64,000 nucleotides of DNA, from positions 2,634-66,633 of the forward strand of contig JANWHZ010000045.1 in NCBI GenBank assembly GCA_025450135.1. The letters run 5' to 3'. Positions 47,208-56,644 of this stretch are shown in pieces; the first letter of the stretch is position 1, and each line of letters begins with the position of its first letter. The DNA comes from Candidatus Saccharimonadales bacterium (GTDB taxonomy: Bacteria > Patescibacteriota > Saccharimonadia > Saccharimonadales > UBA4665). The notes beneath the pieces were generated by a model. The model was not told the DNA's origin. It searched no databases and saw only the letters and a list, made by a program, of their open reading frames with translations. A program made the position numbers and the translations under genes.

Positions 47208-50200
47208 CTATTGTGGGATAACGTTCTGGACACCGACTAATGCCTGTAGGCGTTCTAGTGCACTAGGATCGCTGCGGATGCGGCTAGGCAATCGTACGAC
47301 TTGCTTCTGATCTCCGCTTCCAAGCACTAACACGACTTCACTTTCGCCAGGCTGCTCGTCGATTACTTGTTTCAAGGACATAAGTAATGCTCGGTCATCA
47401 CTCTTATGCAAGCGAATGTACACGCGAGCGTTTTCGCGAAGTGACGGGTTGCTCACACTCGCCTGAGCTGCAACTTTCTTTGCCTTGGGTACCGTTGCCT
47501 TCTTGCCTCTACCTTGATAGGCAATGGCCTGCTCGTGTGTCACTTCCCGAGCATCGTCAGCCATGATCTTAAGCTCGGACTGGAGGCTGCCGTCTTTATC
47601 CTTGGCATTCACCTTACCCCGGACAATAACGACGCGGTCCCGCTCCCATAAGCCAGCTGTCTGTTGCAGGACACTTGGGAATAAGATGACTTCCACCTCT
47701 CCAAATTCATCCTCGATCTTCACGAATGCCATCTTCTGGCCGTTTTTTGTCACAATTTCGCGGACTGCCGCCACGTTGCCCCCGACAATGATCTGCTTAC
47801 CGTCGTGCCCCTGCTCGAGACTATTAAGCGGCACCGTTTGCTCCTGGAGCAGCGTCGAGAAATCAGCAAGCGGGTGCTGACTCAGGTATAGCCCAAGCAA
47901 CTCACGCTCCCAGAGTAACTGATCGCGCGAATTATACTGGACACTTGGAGGTTGCATAGTTAAGACGGGCTTTGCGGCATGCGTCTCGCCGAGTACGTCA
48001 CCAAATAAGTCGGTCTGTCCGCTCAGTGCTTGCTTCGCAAGCTTCTGGCCATACGCCACAATCGTATCCAAGTTATGCAACAGTGTTGACCGGTCGGCAA
48101 AGCGGTCGAAGCCACCGGCTTTAATTAAGCTTTCAAGCGCCTTACGGTTGACAGTATGGGTGTCGACACGCGCTAAGAAGTCAGCCATATCGGTGAAGTA
48201 GCCGCCTTCCTCGCGTGCTCGCAAAATCTCTTCCACTGCCCCACGACCAACGTTTTTAATCGCGACCATACCAAAGCGGATCTGCGGCTTTTCACCAGGA
48301 ACGACGGCAAATTCCAAAAATGACTCATTGACGTCGGGCAGTAAAACGTCCATACCCATCTTCTTGCACTCCGCAATTTCAATAGCAAGACGGTCGATGT
48401 CATCGAAGTCGCTAGTCATAAGGGCTGCCATAAATGCCGCGGGATAGTGTGCCTTCAAATACGCGGTCCAGTACGCGATAAGTGCGTAGCATGCGGCGTG
48501 AGACTTATTGAAACAGTAGTTAGCAAACTCTTCGAGCTGATCCCAGAACTTGGCCATTACCTCCGGCGCAACGCCTGAGTGCTTAACGCCCCCTTCGATA
48601 AATTCAGGGCGCATTTTTTGCATTAAATCTATCTTCTTTTTGCCAATAGCTTTACGAAGTGTATCCGCTTGGCCGCCAGTGAATCCGCACACGTCTTTCG
48701 AGATTTGCATGAACTGCTCCTGGTAGACCAATATCCCGTAAGTGTTGCCGAGAGCCGGCTTCATACTGGGGTGCAAATACGTAATCTTTTCGCGGCCATG
48801 TTTCCGATTAACGAAACTCTCGATAAACTGCATTGGCCCCGGCCGATAAAGCGCAACCATGGCGATAATATCCTCAAATGCCGTCGGCTGCAGCTCCTTC
48901 AAATACCGCTTCATGCCTGCAGACTCCAGCTGAAATACCCCAGTACTATCTCCGCTACCGAGCAGCTTATATGTCTCTGAGTCGTCAAGAGACAACGCCG
49001 GCAGATCGATGGCGTCTTTGTACACTCTCTTAATAATGCGCAAGCAGTTATTAATAATCGTTAGGTTCGATAGCCCTAAGAAGTCCATCTTGAGCAGACC
49101 GAGTTCTTCAACCTGACCCATGGGAAACTGCGTCGTAATAACACCCTTTTGGGCCATTTCAAGCGGTAGGAATTTTACTAAATCATCCGGAGCAATTACT
49201 ACCCCGCAAGCATGCACGCCGTGGCTGCGGACCGTGCCTTCTAGTATCATCGCCTCATCAATGACGCGCCTTGATACTTCGTTCGTTTCATACTCGCGCT
49301 TCAGCTCGAGATCTTCTTTAAGTGCCTTGGGCAATGGTACGTGGCGTCCTTGCACTGGCTGAGGCAGCATTTTGGCGAGCCGGTCAGCTTCGGCATAAGG
49401 CACTTGCAGTACACGAGCGACGTCACGCACGGCATTCCGTGCAAACATTCGGCCGAACGTCACGATATTCGCAACCCGCTCATGCCCATACTTGTCTGAG
49501 CAGTACTGCACCACTTCGTCGCGGCGGGTATCCTGTATGTCCACGTCAACATCTGGCATACTGATACGGTCTGGATTAAGAAAACGCTCAAAGAGGAGAT
49601 CGTACTTGAGAGGATCAAGATCGGTAATTTTGACTGCGTAAGCCATGATCGAACCTGCAGCACTACCACGTCCTGGCCCAAAAATAATGCCTTTGTCTTT
49701 CCCCCAGTTGATGAAGTCAGCCACAATTAAGAAGTAACCATTGAAGCCCATTTGGTCAACGACAGCCATTTCATAGTCAGCTCTGTCCAGCGCAGCTTTC
49801 GGTATCATTTTCCTCGCATCTTCAATACTGAGTTTCTTCGACACCTCCTCGGCTACACCACCATACCGCCAAGCTAAGCCTTGAAATACCCAACGGTGTA
49901 AAATTGATTGCTCCGTCTCGCCGCTAGGAACAGGAAACTTTGGTATCAGAATGCGGCCAAGCTCAATTTCCAGATTGCAACGGTCAGCGACGGCCTTTGT
50001 ATTTCTGATAACCTCAGGGTGGTCCTTGCCCCAGCGAGCAATAATTTGATTAGGATCTTCGACGTGGAGTGGAAAATCTTTAAGCGACATACGCTTTTCG
50101 TCACTGAGATACGAGCCAGTACCGACACATAACAAAATTTCGTGTGCCTCTTGGTCCTCATGCTTTAGATAGTGGGCATCGCAGGTTACCACAACTGGTA

Positions 50201-50873
50201 TATCTAGTTCCTTACCTAGTTTCAACACCTGCTCGTTCACATGGTTTTGATCTGGTTGATACAGCGGATTTTTAGGATGGCCATGGTCTTGTATCTCTAG
50301 ATAATAACGGTCCCCGAAAATGCTCTTATACCAGACAGCGACTTGTCTGGCTTTGTCGTACTGGTCTTGTTTTAATGCATCGCCTATCTCGCCGCTCATG
50401 CATGAACTCAATACAATCAGTCCTTCGTTATACCTCTCAAGCAGATCGTGATCAACGCGGGGATAGTAGTAAAAGCCCTCTAGGTTCGCAATAGTGCTGA
50501 GCTGCATCATGTTACGCCAACCGGTCTCGTTCATGGCTAACAAAATAAGGTGGTAGCGGAGCTTGTCTTTCTGCGGATCTTTGTCTGTATGCTTACGGGT
50601 AGCGACGTACGTTTCAAGCCCAACGATCGGTTTAATGCCTTGACCGGTCGCTTCTTTGTAGAATTCGATGGCGCCGGACAATGTGCCGTGGTCTGTCATA
50701 GCTACAGCTTCCATGCCAGCAGTCTTCACGTACTCGATTAGATCAGGCACCCGCGTTAGCCCATCAAGCAAACTGTACTGTGTATGATTATGGAGATGCA
50801 CATAATCTGCGGCGGTCAATTCTGACTCCACAGAAACAACTTCTGACGGTACTTTCTCCTTGGGTTCAGCCAA
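47208..50873 (-). CDS. dnaE: DNA polymerase III subunit alpha
   Basis: PHP domain HLHNHTQYSLLDG, polymerase core and OB fold. TTG start at 50873 is supported by GAGGAGGG SD 4 nt upstream. Confidence 0.95.
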   Translation of the reverse strand: MAEPKEKVPSEVVSVESELTAADYVHLHNHTQYSLLDGLTRVPDLIEYVKTAGMEAVAMTDHGTLSGAIEFYKEATGQGIKPIVGLETYVATRKHTDKDPQKDKLRYHLILLAMNETGWRNMMQLSTIANLEGFYYYPRVDHDLLERYNEGLIVLSSCMSGEIGDALKQDQYDKARQVAVWYKSIFGDRYYLEIQDHGHPKNPLYQPDQNHVNEQVLKLGKELDIPVVVTCDAHYLKHEDQEAHEILLCVGTGSYLSDEKRMSLKDFPLHVEDPNQIIARWGKDHPEVIRNTKAVADRCNLEIELGRILIPKFPVPSGETEQSILHRWVFQGLAWRYGGVAEEVSKKLSIEDARKMIPKAALDRADYEMAVVDQMGFNGYFLIVADFINWGKDKGIIFGPGRGSAAGSIMAYAVKITDLDPLKYDLLFERFLNPDRISMPDVDVDIQDTRRDEVVQYCSDKYGHERVANIVTFGRMFARNAVRDVARVLQVPYAEADRLAKMLPQPVQGRHVPLPKALKEDLELKREYETNEVSRRVIDEAMILEGTVRSHGVHACGVVIAPDDLVKFLPLEMAQKGVITTQFPMGQVEELGLLKMDFLGLSNLTIINNCLRIIKRVYKDAIDLPALSLDDSETYKLLGSGDSTGVFQLESAGMKRYLKELQPTAFEDIIAMVALYRPGPMQFIESFVNRKHGREKITYLHPSMKPALGNTYGILVYQEQFMQISKDVCGFTGGQADTLRKAIGKKKIDLMQKMRPEFIEGGVKHSGVAPEVMAKFWDQLEEFANYCFNKSHAACYALIAYWTAYLKAHYPAAFMAALMTSDFDDIDRLAIEIAECKKMGMDVLLPDVNESFLEFAVVPGEKPQIRFGMVAIKNVGRGAVEEILRAREEGGYFTDMADFLARVDTHTVNRKALESLIKAGGFDRFADRSTLLHNLDTIVAYGQKLAKQALSGQTDLFGDVLGETHAAKPVLTMQPPSVQYNSRDQLLWERELLGLYLSQHPLADFSTLLQEQTVPLNSLEQGHDGKQIIVGGNVAAVREIVTKNGQKMAFVKIEDEFGEVEVILFPSVLQQTAGLWERDRVVIVRGKVNAKDKDGSLQSELKIMADDAREVTHEQAIAYQGRGKKATVPKAKKVAAQASVSNPSLRENARVYIRLHKSDDRALLMSLKQVIDEQPGESEVVLVLGSGDQKQVVRLPSRIRSDPSALERLQALVGVQNVIPQ

Positions 50874-50905
50874 GCGACCCTCCTCAATTTGCCGTTATGA
50901 TTACT

Positions 50906-50935
50906 AGTATAGCTAGCCTAGGCTAGCTCAAACAA
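50906..50935 (-). promoter_or_regulatory. Putative dnaE promoter whose spacer is an 18-bp perfect palindrome
   Basis: Minus strand TTGTTT (50930-50935), 18 nt, TATACT (50906-50911). Positions 50911-50928 read AGCTAGCCTAGGCTAGCT, a perfect palindrome. Confidence 0.4.
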
Positions 50936-50950
50936 CCGGTAGATTTACAA

Positions 50951-50978
50951 CAAAGGCCCCGTACATACAGGGCCTTTG
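50951..50978 (-). terminator. Hairpin downstream of ytxH
   Basis: CAAAGGCCC-(10 nt)-GGGCCTTTG begins 17 nt after the ytxH stop. The following U tract is weak (UUGUAAAUCU). Confidence 0.45.
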
Positions 50979-50994
50979 CACTATGAGCAGCTTA

Positions 50995-51396
50995 CTACTT
51001 CTTGAGATAGTCGCGGAGATGTCCCAACGCACTATTGGCTTGATTAACCGCGATTCGGAGATCGTCATCTTCCGCATCACCTTGATGCACGGCAGCTACA
51101 ACTTCACGAGCTTTCTCACGCGCAGCACGGGCCTGGGCGACTAACTCGTCTAGTTGCTTCCGTGCCTTGTCGCTCATATCCGCTCCGCGTTGTTTCCCTT
51201 CCTCTACCAAATCAGCCAGCTCCATACTGATATTCTTGAGCTGCCGCTCAGCCTGGTCTAGGCCAGTTTTAGCAGCATTCTTGAGATCTTCACGGGTTTC
51301 CTTACCTGACTTTGGCGCCGTCAAAAGACCGGCGACATAGCCTACTGCAGCCGCCAACCCCGCTGCCACCGCCAACCGCTTAACTGCTTTACCCAT
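50995..51396 (-). CDS. YtxH-domain (general stress-like) protein
   Basis: N-terminal TM helix followed by APKSGKETREDLK and a long coiled coil. 133 aa. Confidence 0.8.
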   Translation of the reverse strand: MGKAVKRLAVAAGLAAAVGYVAGLLTAPKSGKETREDLKNAAKTGLDQAERQLKNISMELADLVEEGKQRGADMSDKARKQLDELVAQARAAREKAREVVAAVHQGDAEDDDLRIAVNQANSALGHLRDYLKK

Positions 51397-51413
51397 CTAT
51401 TTCCCTCCTGTCG

Positions 51414-51665
51414 TTACTTACGCATTTTATCTACGGCATCCACCATGTTCCGTACCACCTTGAACAGTGCAAGCGGGCCGCTGGCATTCCGTAGCATTTC
51501 AGCTGCCTCGCCGGCTGTCTCCACAACCCGCTCAGCATTATCGATAATTCGTCTCAACGACTGGACAAGCTTCGCAATCATCACCAGAACCACAATGGCC
51601 GTTAGGAGAAACAATGCCAGGACTGCTGATACGATTATGACAAGTATAGATTCGGCGTTTTGCAT
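51414..51665 (-). CDS. DUF948-like small membrane protein
   Basis: 83 aa with an N-terminal TM and a helical tail. The pairing with ytxH is typical of Firmicutes ytxG/ytxH-type loci. Confidence 0.65.
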   Translation of the reverse strand: MQNAESILVIIVSAVLALFLLTAIVVLVMIAKLVQSLRRIIDNAERVVETAGEAAEMLRNASGPLALFKVVRNMVDAVDKMRK

Positions 51666-51699
51666 ATAGAGTTACCCTTCTATTTGCCCTAAAAGTATC

Positions 51700-52584
51700 C
51701 TACTTGAGCTTTTTTTGCAAATAAATTCGTAACTCTGGCCCAATGTCATCGCGCTGGAGTGCCAAGTCAACCACAGTTTTTAAGTAATCGAGTTTGTTTC
51801 CGGTGTCATAATACCGAGCGTTTTTTACCTCCATGCCGTAAAAGTCATACCCGTCAGCGATCATCGTTTGCATGACCGGTTGGATCATAAATTCACCGCT
51901 CGCGTCATAACTTTCCGCAGCGAGGGAAATATAGGGCAGAATGTCAGATGTCAGCAAGTAGCCTCCTACGCTAGCTAGATTCGAGGGCGCCGCGTCTTTA
52001 CCTGGCTTTTCAACAATAGTGCGCATCTTTATATACCCATTGGGTGTTGTGTCGCCGGCTAAAATGCCGTACCTACTAAATGCGTCGTCATCCGTGACGC
52101 GGATGCAAGGCAAAATCGGGGCATGTATCGCCTCGTAGGCGTCAATCATCTGTCGAAAACGGTTGGGAGAAGCTTCGATAAACTCATCACCCCAGGTATA
52201 GATGAACGGCTCGTCATTAATGAGATGACTAGCATAAAATAATGGCGCTGTATTGCCGAGCGGCTCTTTTTGCCGTACATAGGTGAACGTTGCCATGTTA
52301 GCGATATCCCACAGATCTTTGAGTAACTGTTCCTTGCCCTTCGAAAGTGCCACCGCCAACTCCGCACTCGGTGCGTCGAAGTGATCCTCGATACTGCGCT
52401 TCGCGTAGCCGGTGACAATAATAATGTCAGTAATCCCCGCGTCAACGAGCTGTTCGACGACACACTGTATCACCGGCTTGTCGACGATCGGCAGCATCTC
52501 TTTTGGCATCGCCTTGGTTTGTGGCAGAAACCTTGTACCAAACCCTGCAGCTGCAATAATCGCCTTCGTAACCTTTTTTGACAT
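51700..52584 (-). CDS. galU: UTP--glucose-1-phosphate uridylyltransferase
   Basis: AAGFGTRFLPQTKAMPKEMLPIVDKP signature. TAAGGAGGG SD. Confidence 0.92.
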   Translation of the reverse strand: MSKKVTKAIIAAAGFGTRFLPQTKAMPKEMLPIVDKPVIQCVVEQLVDAGITDIIIVTGYAKRSIEDHFDAPSAELAVALSKGKEQLLKDLWDIANMATFTYVRQKEPLGNTAPLFYASHLINDEPFIYTWGDEFIEASPNRFRQMIDAYEAIHAPILPCIRVTDDDAFSRYGILAGDTTPNGYIKMRTIVEKPGKDAAPSNLASVGGYLLTSDILPYISLAAESYDASGEFMIQPVMQTMIADGYDFYGMEVKNARYYDTGNKLDYLKTVVDLALQRDDIGPELRIYLQKKLK

Positions 52585-52816
52585 GTACCCTCCTTAGTCA
52601 CCACCCACTAATGCACATTATACTTTTCTGTGGTTGCAAGTAGCCAAATACTACGACGCCTTGCGCAGACGCACATTCAGTTCAGCAGATAGCTGAGGAC
52701 CTACTTCAAGTATCGTGGGCAATCCACCGTCGACCGTCGCCGGACGTAGGCCTTTTACTGGCCACATAATAACCCGCGCTTACCTCATCAGTAATTGCTT
52801 CCATATGCTTAAAGCA

Positions 52817-54280
52817 TTAAAGGCCTAGCTGTTTTTTGATAAGTTGCTGCGCAAGACCGGGATTGGCTTTACCCTGAGAGAGCTTCATGATCTGCCCGAC
52901 CAAGAATCCGATGGCACGTTGCTCGCCATTTTTGAGATCTTCAACTGCTTTGGGGTTCTCTGTCATGACCTGTTCCACGATTTTAATGATTTCAGCTTCG
53001 TCCGATACCTGTAGTAGATTTAAGCGTGTCGCTATTTCCTCAGCTTTACCGCCACGAACTAGCATCTCGTCAAGCACTTGCTTTGCGGCGGATGAGCTGA
53101 GTTTACCGGCACCAACCAACTTTGAGAGGGCAATCAGCTCGTCTATCTGCACCGTTCTGGTGCGGGCACCGTCAGCTTCTTCATCAGTCAACGGGCGCAT
53201 CATCCAGAATGCTATCCGTCGACCGTCTTCCGGCGAAGATTTAGTAAGCGCATCTGCCACGAGATGAGTCGTCTCTACATCAGCCAAGATATCTTCAATT
53301 ACTTGCCGATCAAGTGACATAGAGCTGAATTGCTTGCGGTAATCGTCCGGTAATGCTGGCATATCGTCGCGGACGCCCTCGATATACTCGTCATCCAGCA
53401 CAATTGGGGGGAGATCAGGATCGGGCATATAGCGGTAGTCATGCGCCTCCTCCTTGGAACGCTGTGTAAACGTTCGCTGCTTGGCCTCATCCCAGCCGCG
53501 CGTTTCTTGGACCACTTCGGCACCCTTTTCAAGAACTTCAATCTGGCGTTGTATCTCAAATTCGATTGCTTTTTCAACGCTACGAAAACTGTTAAGGTTT
53601 TTTGTCTCGGTGCGCGTACCCCACTTCCCCGGATCTGAGCTGACGCTAACATTCACGTCAAATCGCATATGACCAAGATATAAATTCGCGTCGCTCACAT
53701 CTGCATACTTCATCCGCAGATACAGCTCGTGAACATACGCTTTTGCCTCAGCGGCAGAATGCATGTCAGGACGAGATACGATCTCTAGCAGCGGAGTGCC
53801 TGCACGATTCAAGTCAACCAGACTGTAATCCTTGCCAGCTGGGTGGGTACTTTTACCAGCATCTTCTTCCAGGTGGGCGCGAATGATGCCAACGTGCAAT
53901 GTTTGGACTTCTTTATTTGCCTCAACATACATAGGCACATCAATCCCACCCTCACCGATAATGGGCTCGTCATACTGCGAGATCTGATAACCCTTTGGCA
54001 AATCTGGGTAGAAATAATGCTTGCGGTCAAATTTGCTAAAACGGGCTGGCTCAGTGCCGAGGGCAAATGCCGCGCGAACAGCAAGGCGCACAGCTTCACG
54101 GTTCAAGACCGGCAACGCACCCGGCAAACCAAAACAAATATGGCTGACCAGTGTATTTGGCGCCGCTTCGCGCGCGTCATTGTCTACGGCTGCAAATAAT
54201 TTAGTCGCCGTTTTCAACTGGACATGGCATTCTATGCCGATAGTTGGCATATATTTTTTGCGGGTCTCTGCGGTAACCAT
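52817..54280 (-). CDS. gatB: Asp/Glu-tRNA amidotransferase subunit B
   Basis: IGIECHVQL, ...FDRKHYFYPDLPKGYQISQ... and a C-terminal GatB/YqeY domain. Confidence 0.95.
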   Translation of the reverse strand: MVTAETRKKYMPTIGIECHVQLKTATKLFAAVDNDAREAAPNTLVSHICFGLPGALPVLNREAVRLAVRAAFALGTEPARFSKFDRKHYFYPDLPKGYQISQYDEPIIGEGGIDVPMYVEANKEVQTLHVGIIRAHLEEDAGKSTHPAGKDYSLVDLNRAGTPLLEIVSRPDMHSAAEAKAYVHELYLRMKYADVSDANLYLGHMRFDVNVSVSSDPGKWGTRTETKNLNSFRSVEKAIEFEIQRQIEVLEKGAEVVQETRGWDEAKQRTFTQRSKEEAHDYRYMPDPDLPPIVLDDEYIEGVRDDMPALPDDYRKQFSSMSLDRQVIEDILADVETTHLVADALTKSSPEDGRRIAFWMMRPLTDEEADGARTRTVQIDELIALSKLVGAGKLSSSAAKQVLDEMLVRGGKAEEIATRLNLLQVSDEAEIIKIVEQVMTENPKAVEDLKNGEQRAIGFLVGQIMKLSQGKANPGLAQQLIKKQLGL

Positions 54281-54720
54281 TACAAGACTCCTAGGTCAAT
54301 GAGAGCCTGTCGGAGGCCTTTAAGTGCGATGTGGACATCAGCTTTCTGGAGTTTCGGCGTATCTTCATGGACCAGCTTATTCCGTAGCTTATGGCCAAAC
54401 CACACGCCATCGTTATCGCTCAATGTTCGTTGCGCCGCTACCAAGCGCTCACCCATCGTTTTACCTTTAAATCCAGTTATCTTCAGCGCATCATCAAGCA
54501 GTTTGTCAGCATTAATGATAGCCATCGGCCACGTATCGGACTTCCCGCACAGCTTCTGCACTTCCTGCCAACGAGGCTTGAAAGTAGCATATTTTGAGCT
54601 GCGTCGAGCCCGACGAACTATAAAACTGCTGCCAAATAGAACGATAATAATCGCGATGACACCGACCAGCCCAAGTATCACCGCTAGATTTGAGTTTAGT
54701 AGGAAGGAGATGTTAAGCAC
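54280..54720 (-). CDS. Membrane-anchored protein with RNxxxH (HEPN-like) motif, inserted between gatA and gatB
   Basis: Start placed at GTG 54720, overlapping the gatA stop (GTGCTTAA). Its TAA overlaps the gatB ATG (TAATG). 146 aa: TM helix (LAVILGLVGVIAIIIVLFGSSFIV), RRARR, then a helical domain with FGHKLRNKLVHE. Confidence 0.65.
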   Translation of the reverse strand: MLNISFLLNSNLAVILGLVGVIAIIIVLFGSSFIVRRARRSSKYATFKPRWQEVQKLCGKSDTWPMAIINADKLLDDALKITGFKGKTMGERLVAAQRTLSDNDGVWFGHKLRNKLVHEDTPKLQKADVHIALKGLRQALIDLGVL

Positions 54721-56164
54721 GGACAAGCTCCTCAACTGCCTTGGCAAGCTGCAAAAGTGATTTATCCTGTCGCTGAGCTGCCATGAGCTGCAAGCCGACC
54801 GGCAAGCCATCACTTTCGCCAGCAGGTACTACGACCGCGGGCGAGCCAACCAGACTGACGCCAACTGTCATAATGTCCGCAAGATACATCTGCAGCGGGT
54901 CGTTCACGTTCTCGCCAATCTTAAATGCAGTCATCGGCGCAGTTGGTCCCAGCAAGAAGTCAGCATCCTTAAAGGCTCTTTCAAATTCGTTGATGAGCTT
55001 GGTGCGCACCGTCTGCGCTCGCTTGTAGTAGGCGTCGTAATACCCACTGCTCAGCACGTATGTGCCAATCATAATGCGACGCTTAGCTTCTTTACCAAAG
55101 CCAATTCCGCGTGATTTGGAGTAACTCTCATTAAGATCCTTTGCATCTTTGTAACGGTAGCCATACCGCTGCCCATCGTAGCGCCCGAGATTGCTACTCA
55201 CCTCAGCAGGCACTACGATATAGTACACTGCAAGTGCCATCGGCAGACTTGGCAAAGAAACGTCACGTATTTCAGCACCTGCAGCTCTTATCTTCTCGAT
55301 TGATGTGTCAATGACTGCACGGACCCCTGGCTGCAGGCCTTCTCCCATATATTCTTTGATAACGCCGATTTTCTTACCATGCAAGTCCATATTGGGGCCA
55401 CTTAGTACGTAGCCCTCAGGGTTACGTTCAATAGTCGTGCTATCGCGATCATCACGACCCGCCACAATATCAAGTACCAGTGCGGCATCTTCAACCGTCC
55501 GTGTCAGTGGGCCCATACAGTCGGTACTACTCGCCATCGCTACTACACCACTGCGACTAGTCAGACCGTATGTCGGTTTGTAACCAACACACCCGCTCCA
55601 GCTGGCTGGCAGACGAATTGAACCACCTGTGTCAGAACCTAACGCGAACGGGACCATACCAAGCACAACCGATGCAGCGGAGCCGCCCGATGATCCGCCG
55701 GGTACACGTGTTTTATCGTGCGGGTTCTTGGTCACTGCAAAATCACTATTCTCAGTGCTAGAACCATGTGCAAATGCATCAAGGTTAGCTTTGGCGACGC
55801 ATATGGCGCCTTCAGCCTCCAGCTTTTCAATGACGGTTGACTGATACGGCGCTACGAATCCCTTGAGGATATTGCTGGCAGCTGTGGTCTCGGCGCCAAA
55901 CACTAGATAGTTATCCTTTGCGATAAAAGGCACACCTGCCAAACGCCCGGCGTTCTCACCCCTTTTTACCTGTTCGTCAATCACCTGTGCCCGTTCGCGG
56001 GCACGCGCCGTAGTCGTCACAATAACTGCGTCGTAGTCCTTTTTTTCTTCAATTACTTTGAGCGACTGGTCAACGAGATCGGTCGCACGCAGCTCAGCCG
56101 CATTAATCCTCGACGCAATTTCCGCAAGCGAAAGCCAATTCCCATGATCGTCCATATCAACCAA
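54713..56164 (-). CDS. gatA: Glu-tRNA(Gln)/Asp-tRNA(Asn) amidotransferase subunit A
   Basis: Amidase signature GGSSGGSAASV. 483 aa. Confidence 0.95.
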   Translation of the reverse strand: MVDMDDHGNWLSLAEIASRINAAELRATDLVDQSLKVIEEKKDYDAVIVTTTARARERAQVIDEQVKRGENAGRLAGVPFIAKDNYLVFGAETTAASNILKGFVAPYQSTVIEKLEAEGAICVAKANLDAFAHGSSTENSDFAVTKNPHDKTRVPGGSSGGSAASVVLGMVPFALGSDTGGSIRLPASWSGCVGYKPTYGLTSRSGVVAMASSTDCMGPLTRTVEDAALVLDIVAGRDDRDSTTIERNPEGYVLSGPNMDLHGKKIGVIKEYMGEGLQPGVRAVIDTSIEKIRAAGAEIRDVSLPSLPMALAVYYIVVPAEVSSNLGRYDGQRYGYRYKDAKDLNESYSKSRGIGFGKEAKRRIMIGTYVLSSGYYDAYYKRAQTVRTKLINEFERAFKDADFLLGPTAPMTAFKIGENVNDPLQMYLADIMTVGVSLVGSPAVVVPAGESDGLPVGLQLMAAQRQDKSLLQLAKAVEELVRA

Positions 56165-56450
56165 CCATGCGGTTAACTTTTATCATATCGTCTTGCACCT
56201 CAGGCACATTTTTCAACAGGTCGCGTGGCGCGTAGCTGTACTGACGCACAGTATCTTCTCGCATGACATTCGTAAGCCCGGTTACTTGGTTGGTTGGTTT
56301 GAGCCCAGTGATATCAACCTGTTGCAGCTGCTCGACATATTGCAGGATATCACTTAGCTCCTTACGAAATTCTTCTACTTCATTGTCAGATAGAGCGAGG
56401 CGGGCTAGTTGAGCCAATTTTAATACTTCCTCACGTGATAGCGTTGTCAT
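56157..56450 (-). CDS. gatC: Asp/Glu-tRNA amidotransferase subunit C
   Basis: 97 aa. LAQLARLALSDNEVEEF...QVD is typical of GatC. 8-nt overlap with gatA. Confidence 0.9.
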   Translation of the reverse strand: MTTLSREEVLKLAQLARLALSDNEVEEFRKELSDILQYVEQLQQVDITGLKPTNQVTGLTNVMREDTVRQYSYAPRDLLKNVPEVQDDMIKVNRMVG

Positions 56451-56458
56451 TTGATCTG

Positions 56459-56467
56459 ATTATAGCA
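56459..56467 (-). promoter_or_regulatory. Extended -10 promoter (TGcTATAAT) 8 nt upstream of the gatC ATG
   Basis: Minus strand TGCTATAAT-cagatcaa-ATG(56450), with no SD. Implies a leaderless or nearly leaderless gatC. Confidence 0.45.
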
Positions 56468-56501
56468 AAGATGCTCTCCGTTTAGTTGCCATTGATGCAC
56501 G

Positions 56502-56524
56502 AAAAAACCAGCCACGTGGCTGGT
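56502..56524 (-). terminator. Intrinsic terminator downstream of uvrB
   Basis: Minus strand ACCAGCC-acgu-GGCUGGU followed by UUUUUC. Confidence 0.75.
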
Positions 56525-56644
56525 GCTTATTTCCTGTAAAGTACGCCGAAATACCAACCACGACTTAACGTGATTGCTGTTGTTGCCAGAAGCTACTTGC
56601 AATAACCATAGTGCTACCGTAACACGGTGCCTCACTTGATGCAA

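Noticed and set aside
54224-54760. 178-aa plus-strand ORF
   Set aside because: It is antisense to the gatB start, the inserted membrane protein and the gatA end. It has no start context and is a shadow ORF.
56447-56644. 65-aa minus-strand ORF between uvrB and gatC
   Set aside because: It spans the uvrB intrinsic terminator and the gatC promoter, has no SD and an implausible composition.
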